Positions 39,400 through 53,474 of a DNA stretch of 64,000 nucleotides are shown in pieces. The stretch covers positions 361,770,001-361,834,000 of the forward strand of contig OZ024740.1 of NCBI GenBank assembly GCA_964016885.1, in the 5' to 3' direction. The notes under the pieces were generated by a model, which had not been told where the DNA came from, ran no database searches, and worked only from the letters and a program-made list of their open reading frames with translations. Both the position numbers and the translations under genes were made by a program. This DNA comes from Eledone cirrhosa. Taxonomy: Eukaryota. Position 1 is the first letter of the stretch, and each line of letters opens with the position of its first letter.

Positions 39400-40112
39400 C
39401 TTCTAGAAAGTCATCGTGCTTGGTGACTTTAATGCTAGAGTGGGTAGGGATTTTAACACATGGAATGTAATCGGAAGGCATGGGGTGGGAAAGTGTAACA
39501 ACAATGGTATGCTCCTGCTAGAAATGTGTGAGGAGCTGGATCTGTGTGTTACCAACACCATGTTCCAACAAAAGAACAAATTTAAGACTACATGGATGCA
39601 TCCTGCATCTAAGTAATTGCATCCTTTGGACTAAACGGGATGTGCAGTGTGTTCGTGCTCTTCGTGGAGCTGAGTGCTGGACGGACCACCGCCTGGTACG
39701 CGCAATAGTGAAACTAATCACTAAACATAAAATACGGGCTCCTGGTGTTGCCCTGCCCAGAAGATTGAATGCTGCTCGTCTTAGGGATAAAAATGTGAAG
39801 AGGACATTGCAAGAAGAGATGCAGGTTGCAGATCTTGGTGAGGATTGGCCGACCCTTAAAAAGTTGGTTTATGATGTAGGCAGGCGTGTTCTGGATTTGG
39901 TGCAGAGAAAACATCAAGACTGGTTTAATGAGAATGATGAACATATAGAAGACTTGGCTGATAAGAGGCGTGCTCTGTCACGCTACTTGACGGCAAAACC
40001 ACAGGAGAAGAATATGTTGCATAAGGAACTCAAGGATGTGAAATCACGTGTTAGGTGGAGTCTTTCTCAGATGAAGGATCAGTGGTTGCCAACTCTGTGC
40101 AAGACATTTTAG
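39400..40112 (+). mobile_element. RTE (BovB-like) LINE internal fragment, APE C-terminus
   Basis: LGDFNARVG, NGMLLLEMC, TNTMFQ, KTTWMHP, TDHRLV, KHQDWF.EN. Confidence 0.85.
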
Positions 40113-40693
40113 ATCATTGGCTGGGCTAAAAAGCCACATTCGATCGCAGCGCTGTTAATTGCTATCGTGTGTGTGGATATGTTTATTTGTGTGCGCGTGT
40201 GTGTATATATATATATGTATATTATTATTGTTGTTGTTGTTGTGGTCGTTATTATTATTGTTGTTATTATTATTATGGGTTTTTTTCTCGTTAAATGGCC
40301 ATACTCGATAACGAGGGGGCAGCCATCATGTATGTTTCCTTCTCCTAGAAGAATGCCCTGACAAAGGCTAGGGCTCCTTCACTCCCAGTGGTTTAACTGC
40401 GCGATCGGATATCCAGCCCGATTATTTCTAAGTCCTTGCGCATAGGGATAACTCAGGAAATGGGATATCCGACATAAAACCTGCAGCTCAGTAGTTACCT
40501 ATGATGTTGATCTTTTCTTCTTTTCGCGTTATAGCTTCTCTTCCTCAGAGAGTGGGATTGGCCCAGTGCACAGTCTTTCCTCACTTAAAAAAGATTTTTC
40601 ATGCACGATAGCATTAATTGATAATTATTAATAATGTTATATCGAGCAATGGCCATACTCGATATTGAGGGGGCAGCCATCATGTATATATGT

Positions 40694-40808
40694 ATGTTCT
40701 TCCGGTTTTATAATTTCACAAATGTTGGCAATAGAGAGAGAGAGTCGGTTTCTAACATAGTTACAAGATTCTCTCATTGGGATTTACACAACATCAACTA
40801 GGTAGATA
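40694..40808 (-). mobile_element. R4-type 3' terminal fragment
   Basis: Near-identical to 35421-35532 (TTCTTC.GGTTTTATAATTTCACAAAT...CACAACATCAA.TAGGTAGAT). Confidence 0.8.
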
Positions 40809-41128
40809 TGCAGTGGTGGACTGGCCAGGTTGCCAGACTGCACTATCGCAAGTGGTCCCCAGGGGGCTCACGGTAGCATTGCAGGGCCCACTGTAGTATT
40901 TTAGGAGCCAATGCTTTGCTTTAAAAAAATACCTGAAATCTGAGAGAAAGAATAGAATTTAAAAAATAATAAATAAAACAATTAAGCAAAACTCTCCAGG
41001 GATTTACTAGAAACCAAAATATATGATAGTGTAAATAGCTGGAATAAGTGGTTGTACATTCTACTAAATCTAAAGCTTAGTGCATTCATTCATACATGCA
41101 AACATACACGTATAGACACAGACGCAAA

Positions 41129-41184
<56 letters not shown>

Positions 41185-41187
<3 letters not shown>

Positions 41188-41825
41188 TTTCTGAATTTGT
41201 TTAGCAAGATTCTTTATCTGAATTCGTATGTTGAAACCGATATTGTTATACTTTGGGAGGGTCATGTTGCCAATAAGAAACACACGCACCAGTTGCTTTC
41301 ACTTCAATTTATTATATATTTATAAATTTATAAATTTACAAATCTACAAACTTATAAATTTCTGGTTGGTTGGTTGGTTCCACAACCAGATAGTTGTTTA
41401 TATATAGTTATAGTCCTTTCGTCACACACTCTGTGACCTCTTCAGTGACTGGGGATTCCTTTCTTTGTTTCTGTGCCTTTCCTTTCTTCTATCCTACGCC
41501 ATTTTGTTTCTGTGTGTGTGTTGTGTGCTCAGTTTGCGCATGCGCCACATCCGGGTGTCTGTGTGTGTTTGTGTTCATTTATCTATTTGTTTATTTATTT
41601 ATTTATTTATTGTTGGTTGGTTGTTTGTTCTATGTGTGTGTGTGTTTTCACACGATGTTATTGTATGTGTGGATGTGTATGCTTTGAGTTGTATGTGTGC
41701 ATGTGCATATGCTTTGTATATGCAGTTATTAGATGAAGAATTTTTGGAATGTTTTACATATTTTTACTGTTCCACAACTAGTTGTGTTCTTTCTGTTCTG
41801 TGAAGCCCAGTTTCTCAAGATTTAT
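41185..41825 (-). mobile_element. composite: R4-type 3' ORF end/UTR (41650-41825) joined to PLE 3' region with hammerhead (41185-41650)
   Basis: 41650-41825 matches 35560-35770; 41185-41650 is the reverse complement of 49590-49990; hammerhead AGTCA-CTGAAGA-GGTCACA...TGTGAC-GAAAG-GA-CTA-TAACT at 41406-41450. Confidence 0.75.
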
Positions 41826-44107
41826 TTATGTAGTATGTATGTGTTTTTTTTATTCTTTCAAATAACAAGTTTAACGATGTTATCTTTAGCGATGCTCTTT
41901 AAATGACTCCCTAAAACTGTCGAGATCCTTTAAACATCAAAATAAACATCTGTGATTAGAATTAATGACAAATAACTCGGAATATTTTTTAAATTTAATT
42001 CTATTTTAAATGTAACATTTAAACACTGCCCCCTTTCTTCTTCTTGTGGAGTTCACATTGAAGCAAGCATTTTCAAAGTTCTCTGCTAACTAAGACAGAA
42101 CTGCAGCTGTTCACGTTAATTACTATTATCTCCACTTTTACGAAAACAACTTTTATATTTTCTTACTGTTAACATCTAAACACACCGAGGTATATATTTA
42201 CACCATTAAAAATAACAATAACAACGACAATGAATGCCTACGGCGGAACTATTGAGATATTTACTTGCCTTAATTCGGCTTATCACCCAACTAAGATTAC
42301 TATCTCCCTTAAAGGTGTTACATGGAAACGCTACAGAATTTTTCGACTACTGCTTTGCTTTTTAAAATTATTTTTAAAATAAATTATGGAATCTATCTCC
42401 GTTGGTTTCGACGATGAGTGTTCCAGCTGTTCAACCAACGGAACAGAATGCTCGTGAAATTAACTTGTAAACGACTGAGCATTTCACAATCGTGTACCCT
42501 TAACGTAAGTCTTAGGTAGATTCAGCGTGACAGAGTGTGTGACGCAACTGGTTCTTTGAATTACAGACACATTTGATCCAACGGGCTTCCAAACAGTTTC
42601 CTTCTACCCTCAGGGGTAAATTAAGTAAATCCATGGTATTATGCCGGACCACGTTGAAGTTGAGCAACTCCATATGGGCATGCTCTCCTTCTGGAGTCCT
42701 ACATGTGTTTTTCTATAATTCAGCCTTCTTCCTCTAGTCCTTCGTCTTTTTACTATCACCTGCAACGATCTGTTGATGCTCACCAGTTTAGCGTGACGGT
42801 GGAGACTTAAAGGGTTAAATTGCTATAGAGAAGTACAGACCTATTTCAATTGTATATAATAATAACAAAAACAATAAAAACCAATATAAAAGTTATAAAC
42901 AGATACAAAAAATATTACAAAATCATAAGGTTGTAAGAATTATAAGATTAACATTTTTTACAAAAATTATGAAGTTTACAAAAAATATAAAAATCATAAA
43001 AATTTTGTATGGATTTTACGTTAAATAAATTAAGAAAGTGAATTAGGAAGAATAAAGCAAAAACGGTTGATTTTAATCCTCTTGCATAACGTCCAATGTT
43101 TTAATTTATTGCATTATCGTTTACTAACAGGAATCACCAGTTCTACCCATTAATAAACAATCTAACATATATGGACTACATCTCCTGCTACAGTCGAGCG
43201 CCTTGTAATGCAATGATGAAACTAGACCACGACCCCATTATAAGAGGAACTACCACCATGGGTCTGCTAAAACTGAGTCTTATTCAAAACATAGATCCTA
43301 TCGTACACGGCTACCTTCTTCTACACGGACCAGAAGGAGACTTGATGGACTCTCTAGATTGTCGGTTATGTGATTCTATTTCACTTTAAATTCTTTTTTG
43401 TATTGAACTTTTAGTCTAGGCGGGTTTAATTACACTAACATCCTATTTTTATATATTTTTGTTATTATTTTTTCATATTATTATATTATAATACTATCTT
43501 ATTATTTCTTTAACATTTCTTAACATTTTTATATTTTCATATTTTCATATCTCACCATGTGGCATTTAATTAAATTAACTACATTCAATTTCACCCTATA
43601 TTATATTACACCCCCTAGTACATTCCATATATAATATAATATATTCAACGACCCTTCTCTTCTTCTCTAATAACTTCAGATTAAATTTAATTTAACTTTA
43701 ATTTCAGTTCTACCTTCAATTATACACTTACATTTTCTACCCAAGCATGGCTACATGTGATTAGATACCTCTACCATTTAATTACCGTGCCCTGGAGGTA
43801 AATAAGAATATGTAATATGTTACCTATATATCCTCATATCCTTATCGTCTGTATTGTGGGCTTTGTGTAGTGTACGTTGAGCCATCGACCGACCACATGT
43901 AGTCCTCTGAATAACGCGCAGATGGAACAGATGAACAGTACTTAACTCTCCAGCTGAGCGGTCGTTGTTTCACATCCTGTTTAATTTTATCTGACCACCC
44001 CGGACCTCACACACACATACATACACACATAATCACCACAATTAAAAACAAAAACACCTACGCACAGAGGCACATATAAATAAACACACACACATTCACA
44101 TATAAGA

Positions 44108-44323
44108 AGTCGGTCGACTTTCGTCAAATCGGACCGAGGAAACAATGTTTCCGCTGGTCTTTCCAATTTCTAATACTATCTATCGGTCGCAACTCCAGGT
44201 AGAAGGAGCAACGGAAAATAAAGTGTCTTGCTCAAGAACATAAGGCATCGCCCGGTCCAAGAATCGAACTAACAACCTCACGATTGCGAATCCAGTTCTC
44301 TAACCAATCGGCCACACGCCTTC
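44108..44323 (-). mobile_element. tRNA-derived CORE-type SINE (young family)
   Basis: Reverse complement of 56327-56545 at high identity. Confidence 0.8.
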
Positions 44324-44628
44324 ACTATACAGATATGCCCATGAAAATATGTATATATACGCTCACGAGTAGCTTTCACTATGAACTCAAACACTTACAT
44401 ACTCTCACGCACATGAAAGGAAATAGGATCGATGCTTATATATGCCCACCATCTTATAGATCACAACAAACAGTGCATTTTTTATCAAACCACCAGTCTG
44501 ATGAGTAGATCGATAATGGAGTCGGGTCCATAACTTCTAGGGATGATCTTGAGCCAATTCTGTGCGAAACACGCGTAATAAGTCGATACACAATAAGAAA
44601 CTAACTACATGTAAACGAAATTTCATGG

Positions 44629-44718
<90 letters not shown>

Positions 44719-44825
44719 ATGTATATATATATATATATGTATGTATATATATATGTATGTATATGTGTATGTATATATATGTATGTATATATGTATGTAT
44801 ATATATTTATATATATATATATATG

Positions 44826-44899
<74 letters not shown>

Positions 44900-47264
44900 C
44901 ATACAAACATATATATGTGTGTCTATGTATGTATGTATATACCTATGTATGTATATACCTATGTATGTATGTATGCATTTGCATTTAGTCTTTCAAATAG
45001 CAGGTTTATCGGTGTAAACCTATGTAAATCGAAATAGATCTACATACTCTACGTATATTTGTCAAAGGTAAAATGTTTTAAATCTTAGGTTTGATGAAGC
45101 ATTAGAAACATTACGTAAAATGTCCAAGGCACTTCATGTGTCAGAACAGTGACCCTACAGCTCTATCATGAATTAGCGGACTCAAGTTGAGCCATTGCCA
45201 TGTTAGTGATAGACTACTATTTTTTTCTCCAAAAGAACAACCTACTTCCGCATTTCGTAAATACTTACAATTTTCTATGGGATTTGAATTTTGTGTGGTA
45301 TTTCAACTTTGTATAGTATTTAACGTTACTCAATAACTGATTTGAATATTTGGTGGATATTTAACGGGTTACTGAATAGAAGAATATTATTATGCCAACG
45401 TTGGAACTGTAGAAATAGCAAATACAATTGGCAGGCATTTAAATTCTATATTTCATGATACGTGATATCAAGAGCATATCTCAAGTTTCCTTGCGGTTAA
45501 CAAACCGTGTATCTAAGAAAGTTATCCTCTTCACTAAACATTTAGTTAATTGTTTGTTCCGTCAGTTGCTAGAAGTTGTTGAAACTTCACTTCATTGTCT
45601 GGGGGCATTAATTTATCTATAGTAGAATTTAAGAACAATCCATGTCTGCGTGTCTACAAATCTAGAGAAGGTAATTATTTCGGAAGAATGAATTTTGTTA
45701 ACGTTTTTTTTTTTATGCACATTTCAAGCTATACTAGTTCCATTAACAAAAAAAAAAAAAAAATGAAAAAATTTCACTCTTTCATTTCAACAGAATGGAT
45801 AATATAAGCCTAACAATTATAAAACTCGTGTCAAGTTGAGTGAAAACTCGTTTTAAATATGAAATTGTGCAGTTAAAATTATTAAAAAATGTAGACACTA
45901 ATTAGACAATAAATAAGTTGCGCAATTGCTATAAAAATATAAATCATGCAGTTAAAATTATTCAAAGAGAAATGTAGACACTAATTAGAAAATAAATAAG
46001 TTATGCTATTGTTAAAACAACATAGCAGATATTTGTTGATTTACTTTCTTATTTATTTTCTTATCATTTCTCAAACATAATACTGATGATAGCTTAATGG
46101 TAACAAGCCCATTCAATCACAAAAATATACCTTGTCTCCAATCACATTATTACTATCTTATAAGTATATTGGAATCAGCTACCGGTTTCTAGAATAGCAC
46201 TTTCTATATTGAATTTCATAGATTCCATGGAGTCCTATAAATAATCTATATTATGCTCAATAGAGTCATAACAGCGTAGTTAAAACGCTTATAATACTGT
46301 CATAGAATTCTGAATTTGACTTTTACAATATTGATAATAGTTTTCCAGCAAAGGAATAAAACTAAACCGCAAACATTGGTTTGTTATCTTTGTAATTAAT
46401 CCGTAGATTCTGCCTTGCTATCTTCACCTATCTGATAAGTTGTCATTTAAAAACATATTTTGATTTTGTTTAAGATTGTTTTTGTAATTGGAAATACAAG
46501 AGTGAAAACTAGAGTAGAGTAAAGTAAGAAAAACAAAAGAAAACAACAGTTTACTCAGTTACTTTATATATCATGATATCTCGTGGTTAGAATCTTTTAT
46601 CAAATGAAAGGCATCGGAGTGGGGCGATGTGGCGAACTATTTATTTGTTGTAGTGGAGTAGTGGTAGTGTATCAGAGGATGGATGAAATGGTCAGCGGAG
46701 AGATGGCATGCGTAAACTGGTCTAGTCACAGTAACCAATCATCTTCATGCAACACAATCCTGTTATTCTTATAAAGATATCCCAAGTTATGTTTTGATTT
46801 GAAATGTTATTATTACGATGGATCTCATGTGTGATTAAAAAAAGCTTCTCTGGATTGATGCCAGCACGAATCTCGCTTTATTAATTTCAAGTCGTTATCA
46901 CTCAGAAAATTAATTAATTAAATTCATTTTCAAACTTCGGGCATTCGTAGAACAAGTATTTTATTTTGGTTTCGGTAGTGTCAAGGAGATGGTAAACAAC
47001 TTTATATCTAAGGTAGAATGTTTGTCTGTCACTGATAAAATTCAGAAAAATCCTAGCAGCTACGTCAACTAAAGCAGGTAGAGTAGGGTGTGCACAGAAA
47101 AAAGGACTCCGGTTGATTTGAACACACAACCCATTGGTTAGCAATCTTGCTACATTGTCTCTACGAAACAACATTTAATAAAAAATTAATTTATATGGCA
47201 CATTCTGTCGTGATTTTATGTAAGAACCTTTGTTAGGTTATGTCCTAAGCAGCAAATAAATAAT

Positions 47265-47455
47265 GGTTTCTGATTTAGGCACAAGGCCAACAATTTTGGG
47301 GGAAGGGAAAGTCGATTGATCTGACCCCAGTGCGTTACTGGAACTTTATTTTATCGACCTCGTAAGGATGAAAGGCAAAACTTAACCACAGCGGGATTTG
47401 AACACAGAGCGTAACCATATGCCATAAAACATTTTGTCCGACGCTCTACCGATAA
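47265..47455 (-). mobile_element. SINE, Meta/MESC-like family
   Basis: GGTTTCTGATTTAGGCACAAGGCC tail; TTATCGACCTCGTAAGGATGAAAGGCAAA core. Confidence 0.75.
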
Positions 47456-48181
47456 ACGCTAAATAAATAATGAGAATATTTGTTATCTTAATACACCAAG
47501 AAAAGAAATTCTTCGTTATTTTCAAAATTATTTGAAAATTGTGACTTTCATTTAAAATATAGTGACGAAAATGTTTATACTTATCTAAAAACCTAATTTT
47601 ATGCAAGAACCTTATTTATGTTGGAAACACCACATGAACAACGAGAAAGCTAGACTCTTTCCAATGTTTGATGATTTAAAAAATAATTTGAAAACCATGA
47701 GGAAGTGCCTTTCATTAAAAATATGGTAACGAAAGAGTTAATGGCAAGAAATTCAAATCCCTTTCGACATGTTTAAGTTAATTGAAACTCCTCTTGCTCG
47801 ATTCAATTAATTCTTATTAACGCTCGTTTCACAACGTCACTTCTCTTATTTCGTATTAGCAATAAGATTTCTAAACTGTTTCACTTTCATTGGTCTTAAA
47901 TGGAATATACGGCAGTAACCGTTTAGAAAATAGATTTTTAGTATTTTAAATGAGTGTAATATCAAAATTATACATACACGCATACACATAGACACGCGCA
48001 CACAAGGGACTCAGGTTCTTCATTAAGACTATACACTCTATCCACCAGTATTTATGTTATATTTTACGGGCATTATGCTTGTATACATTACATATGTATG
48101 TATATACATATATATAGTATTAATTATACTATTTATGGTTATGCAAATACAAAAACCTTTTGCAGTTATCTATATTTTTAT

Positions 48182-48301
48182 AAACCCTAAATAGTGGTAG
48201 GCAGTAATATATTACTACCTTATTACCAGTAAGTTAAATATCTCAATGTAAAAACATCACATGATTTACAGAGCAGTTATATGAATTATAAGAATCAAAG
48301 A
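48182..48301 (+). mobile_element. copy of the Naiad 5' leader
   Basis: AAACCCTAAATAGTG...TTACTACCTTATTACCAGTAAG...ACAGAGCAGTTATAT...GAATCAAAGA aligns with the reverse complement of 15854-15975. Confidence 0.75.
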
Positions 48302-48305
48302 ACTG

Positions 48306-48483
48306 TTCAAAACATTTTTATGCTTACAACTGTTTCCTCCAAACCGAGGTTTGGATTCCTCGGAGCAATTTATTATTGAATGAACACTTATATGACCTCC
48401 TGTGTTCATTCAATAATAAATTGCTCCGAAGAATCCAAACCTCGGTTTGGAGGAAACAGTTGTAAGCATAAAAATGTTTTGAA
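48306..48483. repeat. fold-back, 82-bp arms, 14-bp spacer, each arm a hammerhead-like motif (U4C)
   Basis: Right arm TGCT-CCGAAGA-A-TCCAAACC-TC-GGTTTGGA-G-GAAAC-AGTT-GTA-AGCA (48422-48468); left arm differs at core position 7 (CCGAGGA). Confidence 0.85.
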
Positions 48484-48503
48484 TAATTCTTTGATTATTA
48501 TAA

Positions 48504-48555
<52 letters not shown>

Positions 48556-48959
48556 TGTGTCTATATTGTATCTGTATTATTTTTGACCGTCGGTCAGTCA
48601 ATGGCAACATTGAGGACCGAATAAATTAGATTACCGATATAAAAGACACAGAAGCGAAAACCAACCAAACAGTGCGTGTTTTCTGTTATTAATTCTGGCA
48701 ATATTACACAAATATGACCCTCCCCAAGTATAACAATATATATATATATTTATATATATATATATGTACAGGGTGGGCCAGAATTCATGACTCGCTTGTT
48801 AGTTATATTACTTAACATGCTTATTTTATTGTTATTGTATTGTTTTCATTTATTATTTTATTTCTTAATATGCTTAGCCGGTTTCTTAATTTATATTTTT
48901 ATTTCTTAATATGCATCACAGGCTTTTTATTTATTTATAAATAATCTATAAATAATCAA

Positions 48960-49990
48960 GTGAGCAAATTTTGGAATAGAATAGAAAGAACTAGGAATAA
49001 GATTAATAAAATAAACTCATGGTATGATAGCAATAAATACCAGAGTGTAATGTTCATCAATACAACCCCTAGAGGTGAACTAGCTTACAAATTTAGAAGG
49101 GCCCTAGATAAACTTAAACTAAATATTAAGATAGTGGAAAGACCAGGTACCTCAATAAAAACACTAATTAGTAATACATACCCTTTTCAACGACCTCTCT
49201 GTATAGATAGGAAATGCATAATCTGTAAGCTAAGCCCCCATATTAACTGTAAAACAAGAAACATAGTATATAGCATAAGATGTACTGAGGGACAATGTAA
49301 AAATATGAATATAATTTACATAGATGAGACAGCTCATAACATAGGAGAACGATTAAATGAACACTGGCGAGAACTCCAATATAGAAAAGACTCATCATTA
49401 CTCTACCAACATGCTAAAATAGAACATAAGGGCAAATTAGAGAACATAGAGATAAAAATAGAATCTACACACAGAAAAGACGCAATGTTTAGACAAATCA
49501 CAGAGGCAATAAACATAAATGAACTCCAACCAAAATTAAATAGAAAACATGAATGGAACAGCAACATCACAACTTATAATTAAGGACAAAATGAAAACAC
49601 ACAGACATAGAACAAACAACTAACTAGTAACATGTAAATAAACAAATAAATAAACAAATAAAAACACACAGACACCCGGATGTAACACATGCGCAAGCTA
49701 AGCACACAACACACACAAAAACAAGATGGCGTAGGACAGAACAAAGGAGAGGCACAAGACAAAGAAAAAAATCCCCAGTCACTGAAGAGGTCACAGAATG
49801 TGTGACGAAAGAACTTTTACAATATATGAACAACCATCCGGTTGTGGAACCAACCAAACAACCAACCGGAAATTTATAATAAAATTTATAATAAATTGAA
49901 GTGAAAGCAACTGGTGCGTGTGTTTCTTATTGGCAACATGACCCTCCCAAAGTATAATAATATCGGTTTCAACACACGTTTTCAGATATA
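48960..49990 (+). mobile_element. 5'-truncated PLE (non-Naiad type) GIY-YIG domain plus 3' region with hammerhead
   Basis: SVMFINTTPRGEL, IKIVERPG, C..C..C Zn linker, IVY.I.C..C..IYIDET...RLNEH, RQITEA.NI...P.LNRK.EW (48960-49583); CTGAAGA-GGTCACA..TGTGAC-GAAA at 49782-49810; terminal fragments also at ~48640-48740 and 61491-61623. Confidence 0.85.
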
Positions 49991-50459
49991 TATATAATAT
50001 ATATACTACTATAATGCCTGTAAACAATCACATAGTTAATAGTAAAAGATATATTAATTTACTAATTCCTTGATTACAATAATTGATATAAAGATGCTCG
50101 AATCTTTCATTATCCTCCACCTCCCCGGTCTTGTCACTCCGGCCATTACCGTATTTCATTTCACATTCATTTAAATCTATTATAACAATTTTTTTTTCAT
50201 ATTTTCTTTAATTATTAACAAACAAATATCCACTAAATTACGACGACAATGTTCTATCTATCTCCGGATGGTATAGACGTTCTTCACACCGGCTCCTCGA
50301 GTATTTGAGATATTACGTGTTAACAGTAAGTGTTTGTCTGTATTCTTGCGTTATTGTGTTAATTAACCCCCTTGCCTGGGTATTCTGACATTAAGGTTAA
50401 TTTATTTTATCCCTTTTGGGTTAAAATTTTCAGCCTAAAAATCTTGTAAGTGTCTCTAC

Positions 50460-51560
50460 GCTAGTGGTAATGGAAGCCATTACCACAGGTAACGATGACA
50501 CGCCCACTAAACAAACTGAAGGAGAGCGGGTAGCGGAGACAACAAGCCTCCCTACTGAAAGAATAATTATTATTAGAAACATTGAAAAAAATGGAGCCTA
50601 ACCCTAATGAAAAAATGTGAAAAAAATTGACTCGGAGAAATTGCCAACATTAATGGATGCCGTTTCAACTTTTCACGGTGTCACGCCCACCAGCAAAGGT
50701 GAAAGAGAACTAGTAGCTGTGACTACAAGTCTCTCGGATACTGAAAATATAAGTGAACATTTTGAAAAAATGGAGTCTAACCCCAACGGGAAAAAAAATG
50801 TGAACGCATACACCAACATAAATAACACAAACACAACAAAAAATGAAAATTGTAACAACAAAAAACAAGAAAACCACTTTTCGAGAAATCTAAACAGAGA
50901 GGGGGCGAACAAAATGACCTTCGCGCAAAGCATAAAAAAACTATCGTGTACGAACCTATTGACATTTCGAACATGGCCCAGCAAATGGAAAATGCACAGA
51001 AGTATATAACTTTGGAGGAGAATGGTCTATTTTCTTTAAATTGTCCCCCAGAGCTAAACAAGGAAAATAGCTTAAAAACTATTATTTATAGGACAATATC
51101 AAACAAAACCCGTAAGCCAGTACAACTCACACAGGGTTAACAGATCATCTGAAAAACATTGTATTCATTCGGAAGGATAGACTCTACGGTAGTCTATCCA
51201 TCCGAATGAAAGATAAATTGACGGCCGAAAAACATTCCCTGGCCCCAATTGTGTCCCCCTTATTTACCTTCTTCCCCACTTATTTGGAAAGAAAAACACA
51301 AATATTGACCATACACAATATCGATCGAGATATTGATTTCTGGGCGGTACTATGTGGCCTCCTCGACTTGAAAGAGGATGCAGTAATTTCGGTAGGTAAG
51401 TCTTTCAGCAACGTGTTCGGTGGAACTAACCTGAAAGTTCTGGTGCAAATGCAGCCAGAACGAATTGCTATGATCCCCGACCGCATATTGATGGATGGGC
51501 TTGCCTACTTACACATCACAGTGGAGGGTAGACGATCTGCTTGTTACCTCTGTGGTGGCT
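50460..51560 (+). pseudogene. probable L1/Tx1-like LINE ORF1 remnant
   Basis: Frameshifted coding-like stretch ending in ITVEGRRSACYLCG (start of a gag-type zinc knuckle). Confidence 0.45.
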
Positions 51561-52006
51561 GCCAACTCGTTTTCGAGTATGGCCACTACTTTATATCCAT
51601 GTAAGAGAACCCTACCGATGTGCTGAACAAGTGTGACTTTTTAGTCCAGCCAGCGACTTGAAAATTCTGGTACAAACACTACACTTGTGACCATTATTGA
51701 CACAGTGCTGGGCCCATGGTACCATGTGACGACAAGTGCAGAGAGATCTCCAGATATAAAGCAATTCCTGTGCCGTGAAGCTTTTATAGTGAGCAAAGGC
51801 ACTGCACAAAGCCAGTCCCACTCTCTTAACCAAGGTGATATTTACCAAAAAGAAGAACAAGTCAACATCATTGAATACCATCAGGGTTGCAGGTGTTATA
51901 TCAGAGTTTTCCTTCTTCTAGAATTCTGCCCTGACAAAGGCAAGGGGTCATACATACATACATATATACATATATATATACATACATATATACATACATA
52001 CATACA

Positions 52007-52042
<36 letters not shown>

Positions 52043-52151
52043 CATATATATATATATATAACGAAGGAAGAGTGGTAAGGAACCAGATGGACCATAACGC
52101 ACCAGAGTTCTCGAAACAGCTTGAGCTCTGCCGTCGGGGTCTTGAACATTT

Positions 52152-52229
<78 letters not shown>

Positions 52230-53183
52230 GTGTGCATGACCTTGGATATGTTTGGAATATTACCTAATGTGTACGCTCTGATTGGTTTTTTTTTTTCGCA
52301 ACTGTTTGTCAATGAGCGATTGCCAGACAATCTGGTCGCTATTATTGCATATTGAAATAAAGTACCAGTCATGCACTGGGTAATTGCTGGCCCTGTGCCT
52401 AAAGTAGAAACAATTATAGCATATTGATCAAAATTATTTTTGTATCTCTCCGCCAGGTTGGAAATGCTGAATATACGCCATGGATAAAGATGGCACCACT
52501 ACTACTCCATTTGGCGTTTTATCGTTTTTACTTTTACATAGATATTTTTTTCTCCGTGCATTACGATGACGGCCACTTTAAAGTGCACGCACACACACAG
52601 TCTCTCTCTCTCTCTCTCACGAAATCTATACGGATGAATCGACCATTTTTTACCTACAGTAGGTGTTCCTCTTCTGTTATAGAGTCCTTTAGATGGTGTT
52701 TTAACACCCGGATGTCTGTTAACATGTCACGAAGATAAATGACAATCATCTTAGGCGATGTCAGGGAGAAAATAGAAAAAAGAAAAGAAAAAAACTGAAG
52801 ATGAATCATAGGAGGCTTCTGTATCGTTATCTAATCAGTATGGAATTGTTATGTGCTATATAGCTCAGTGTTGCCAATTCACCATCAGAGACAGACACTG
52901 AATTCTGAAGAGATAAAATTACAGAAATCTAACTGTAGCACTGATAAGAAGAATTTTCAACTGAAATGATATAAAATGCAAGCACACATACGCATACACA
53001 CGAACACAAACATACACATACACATACAAACACAAATATACTTAAATATATATATATAAATATATATACCTGTGTGTGTGTGTGTGTTTGTGTTGGTGGG
53101 GGGGGTAGATGTGATATAACAGTTGAGACCAGTAAAATCATTATTTAACTTCAGGAAATAAGAGTGTAGGTAATATTGTAGAG

Positions 53184-53474
53184 CAGGCATGGGCAACCTT
53201 TTTCGAGAATCGGGCCGCATGAGATATTGCTCATCATCAGGCGGGCCGCAAGCGCTAACTTATATTCGTGCCCACATTAAATGAAAGGGCGGTAATTCGG
53301 GTTGTTTTGATTTGTTTCTTCAAAATTCGTACACGCTCTTTTCCCCGATCGTAAAACTAATAGAAAGATAAACTACGACTGAAAAGTTGGGGTAAAAAAA
53401 TCAGAAAGATTTCACTTAGGTGACTTAGGCGAGCCATTCAAAAAGCTTCGCGGGTCGCAGGTTGCCCATGACTG
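53184..53474. mobile_element. hAT-type MITE with TIRs and 8-bp TSD
   Basis: TIRs CAGGCATGGGCAACCT / AGGTTGCCCATGACTG; flanks TTGTAGAG / TTATAGAG. Confidence 0.85.

Noticed and set aside
44498-44575. CTGATGA...GAAAC hammerhead-like string
   Set aside because: Stem I cannot be formed convincingly; at best a decayed copy.
45000-48000. Host gene exons in the least repetitive stretch
   Set aside because: No ORF with recognisable homology or convincing splice-bounded coding segment; small exons cannot be excluded without RNA data.
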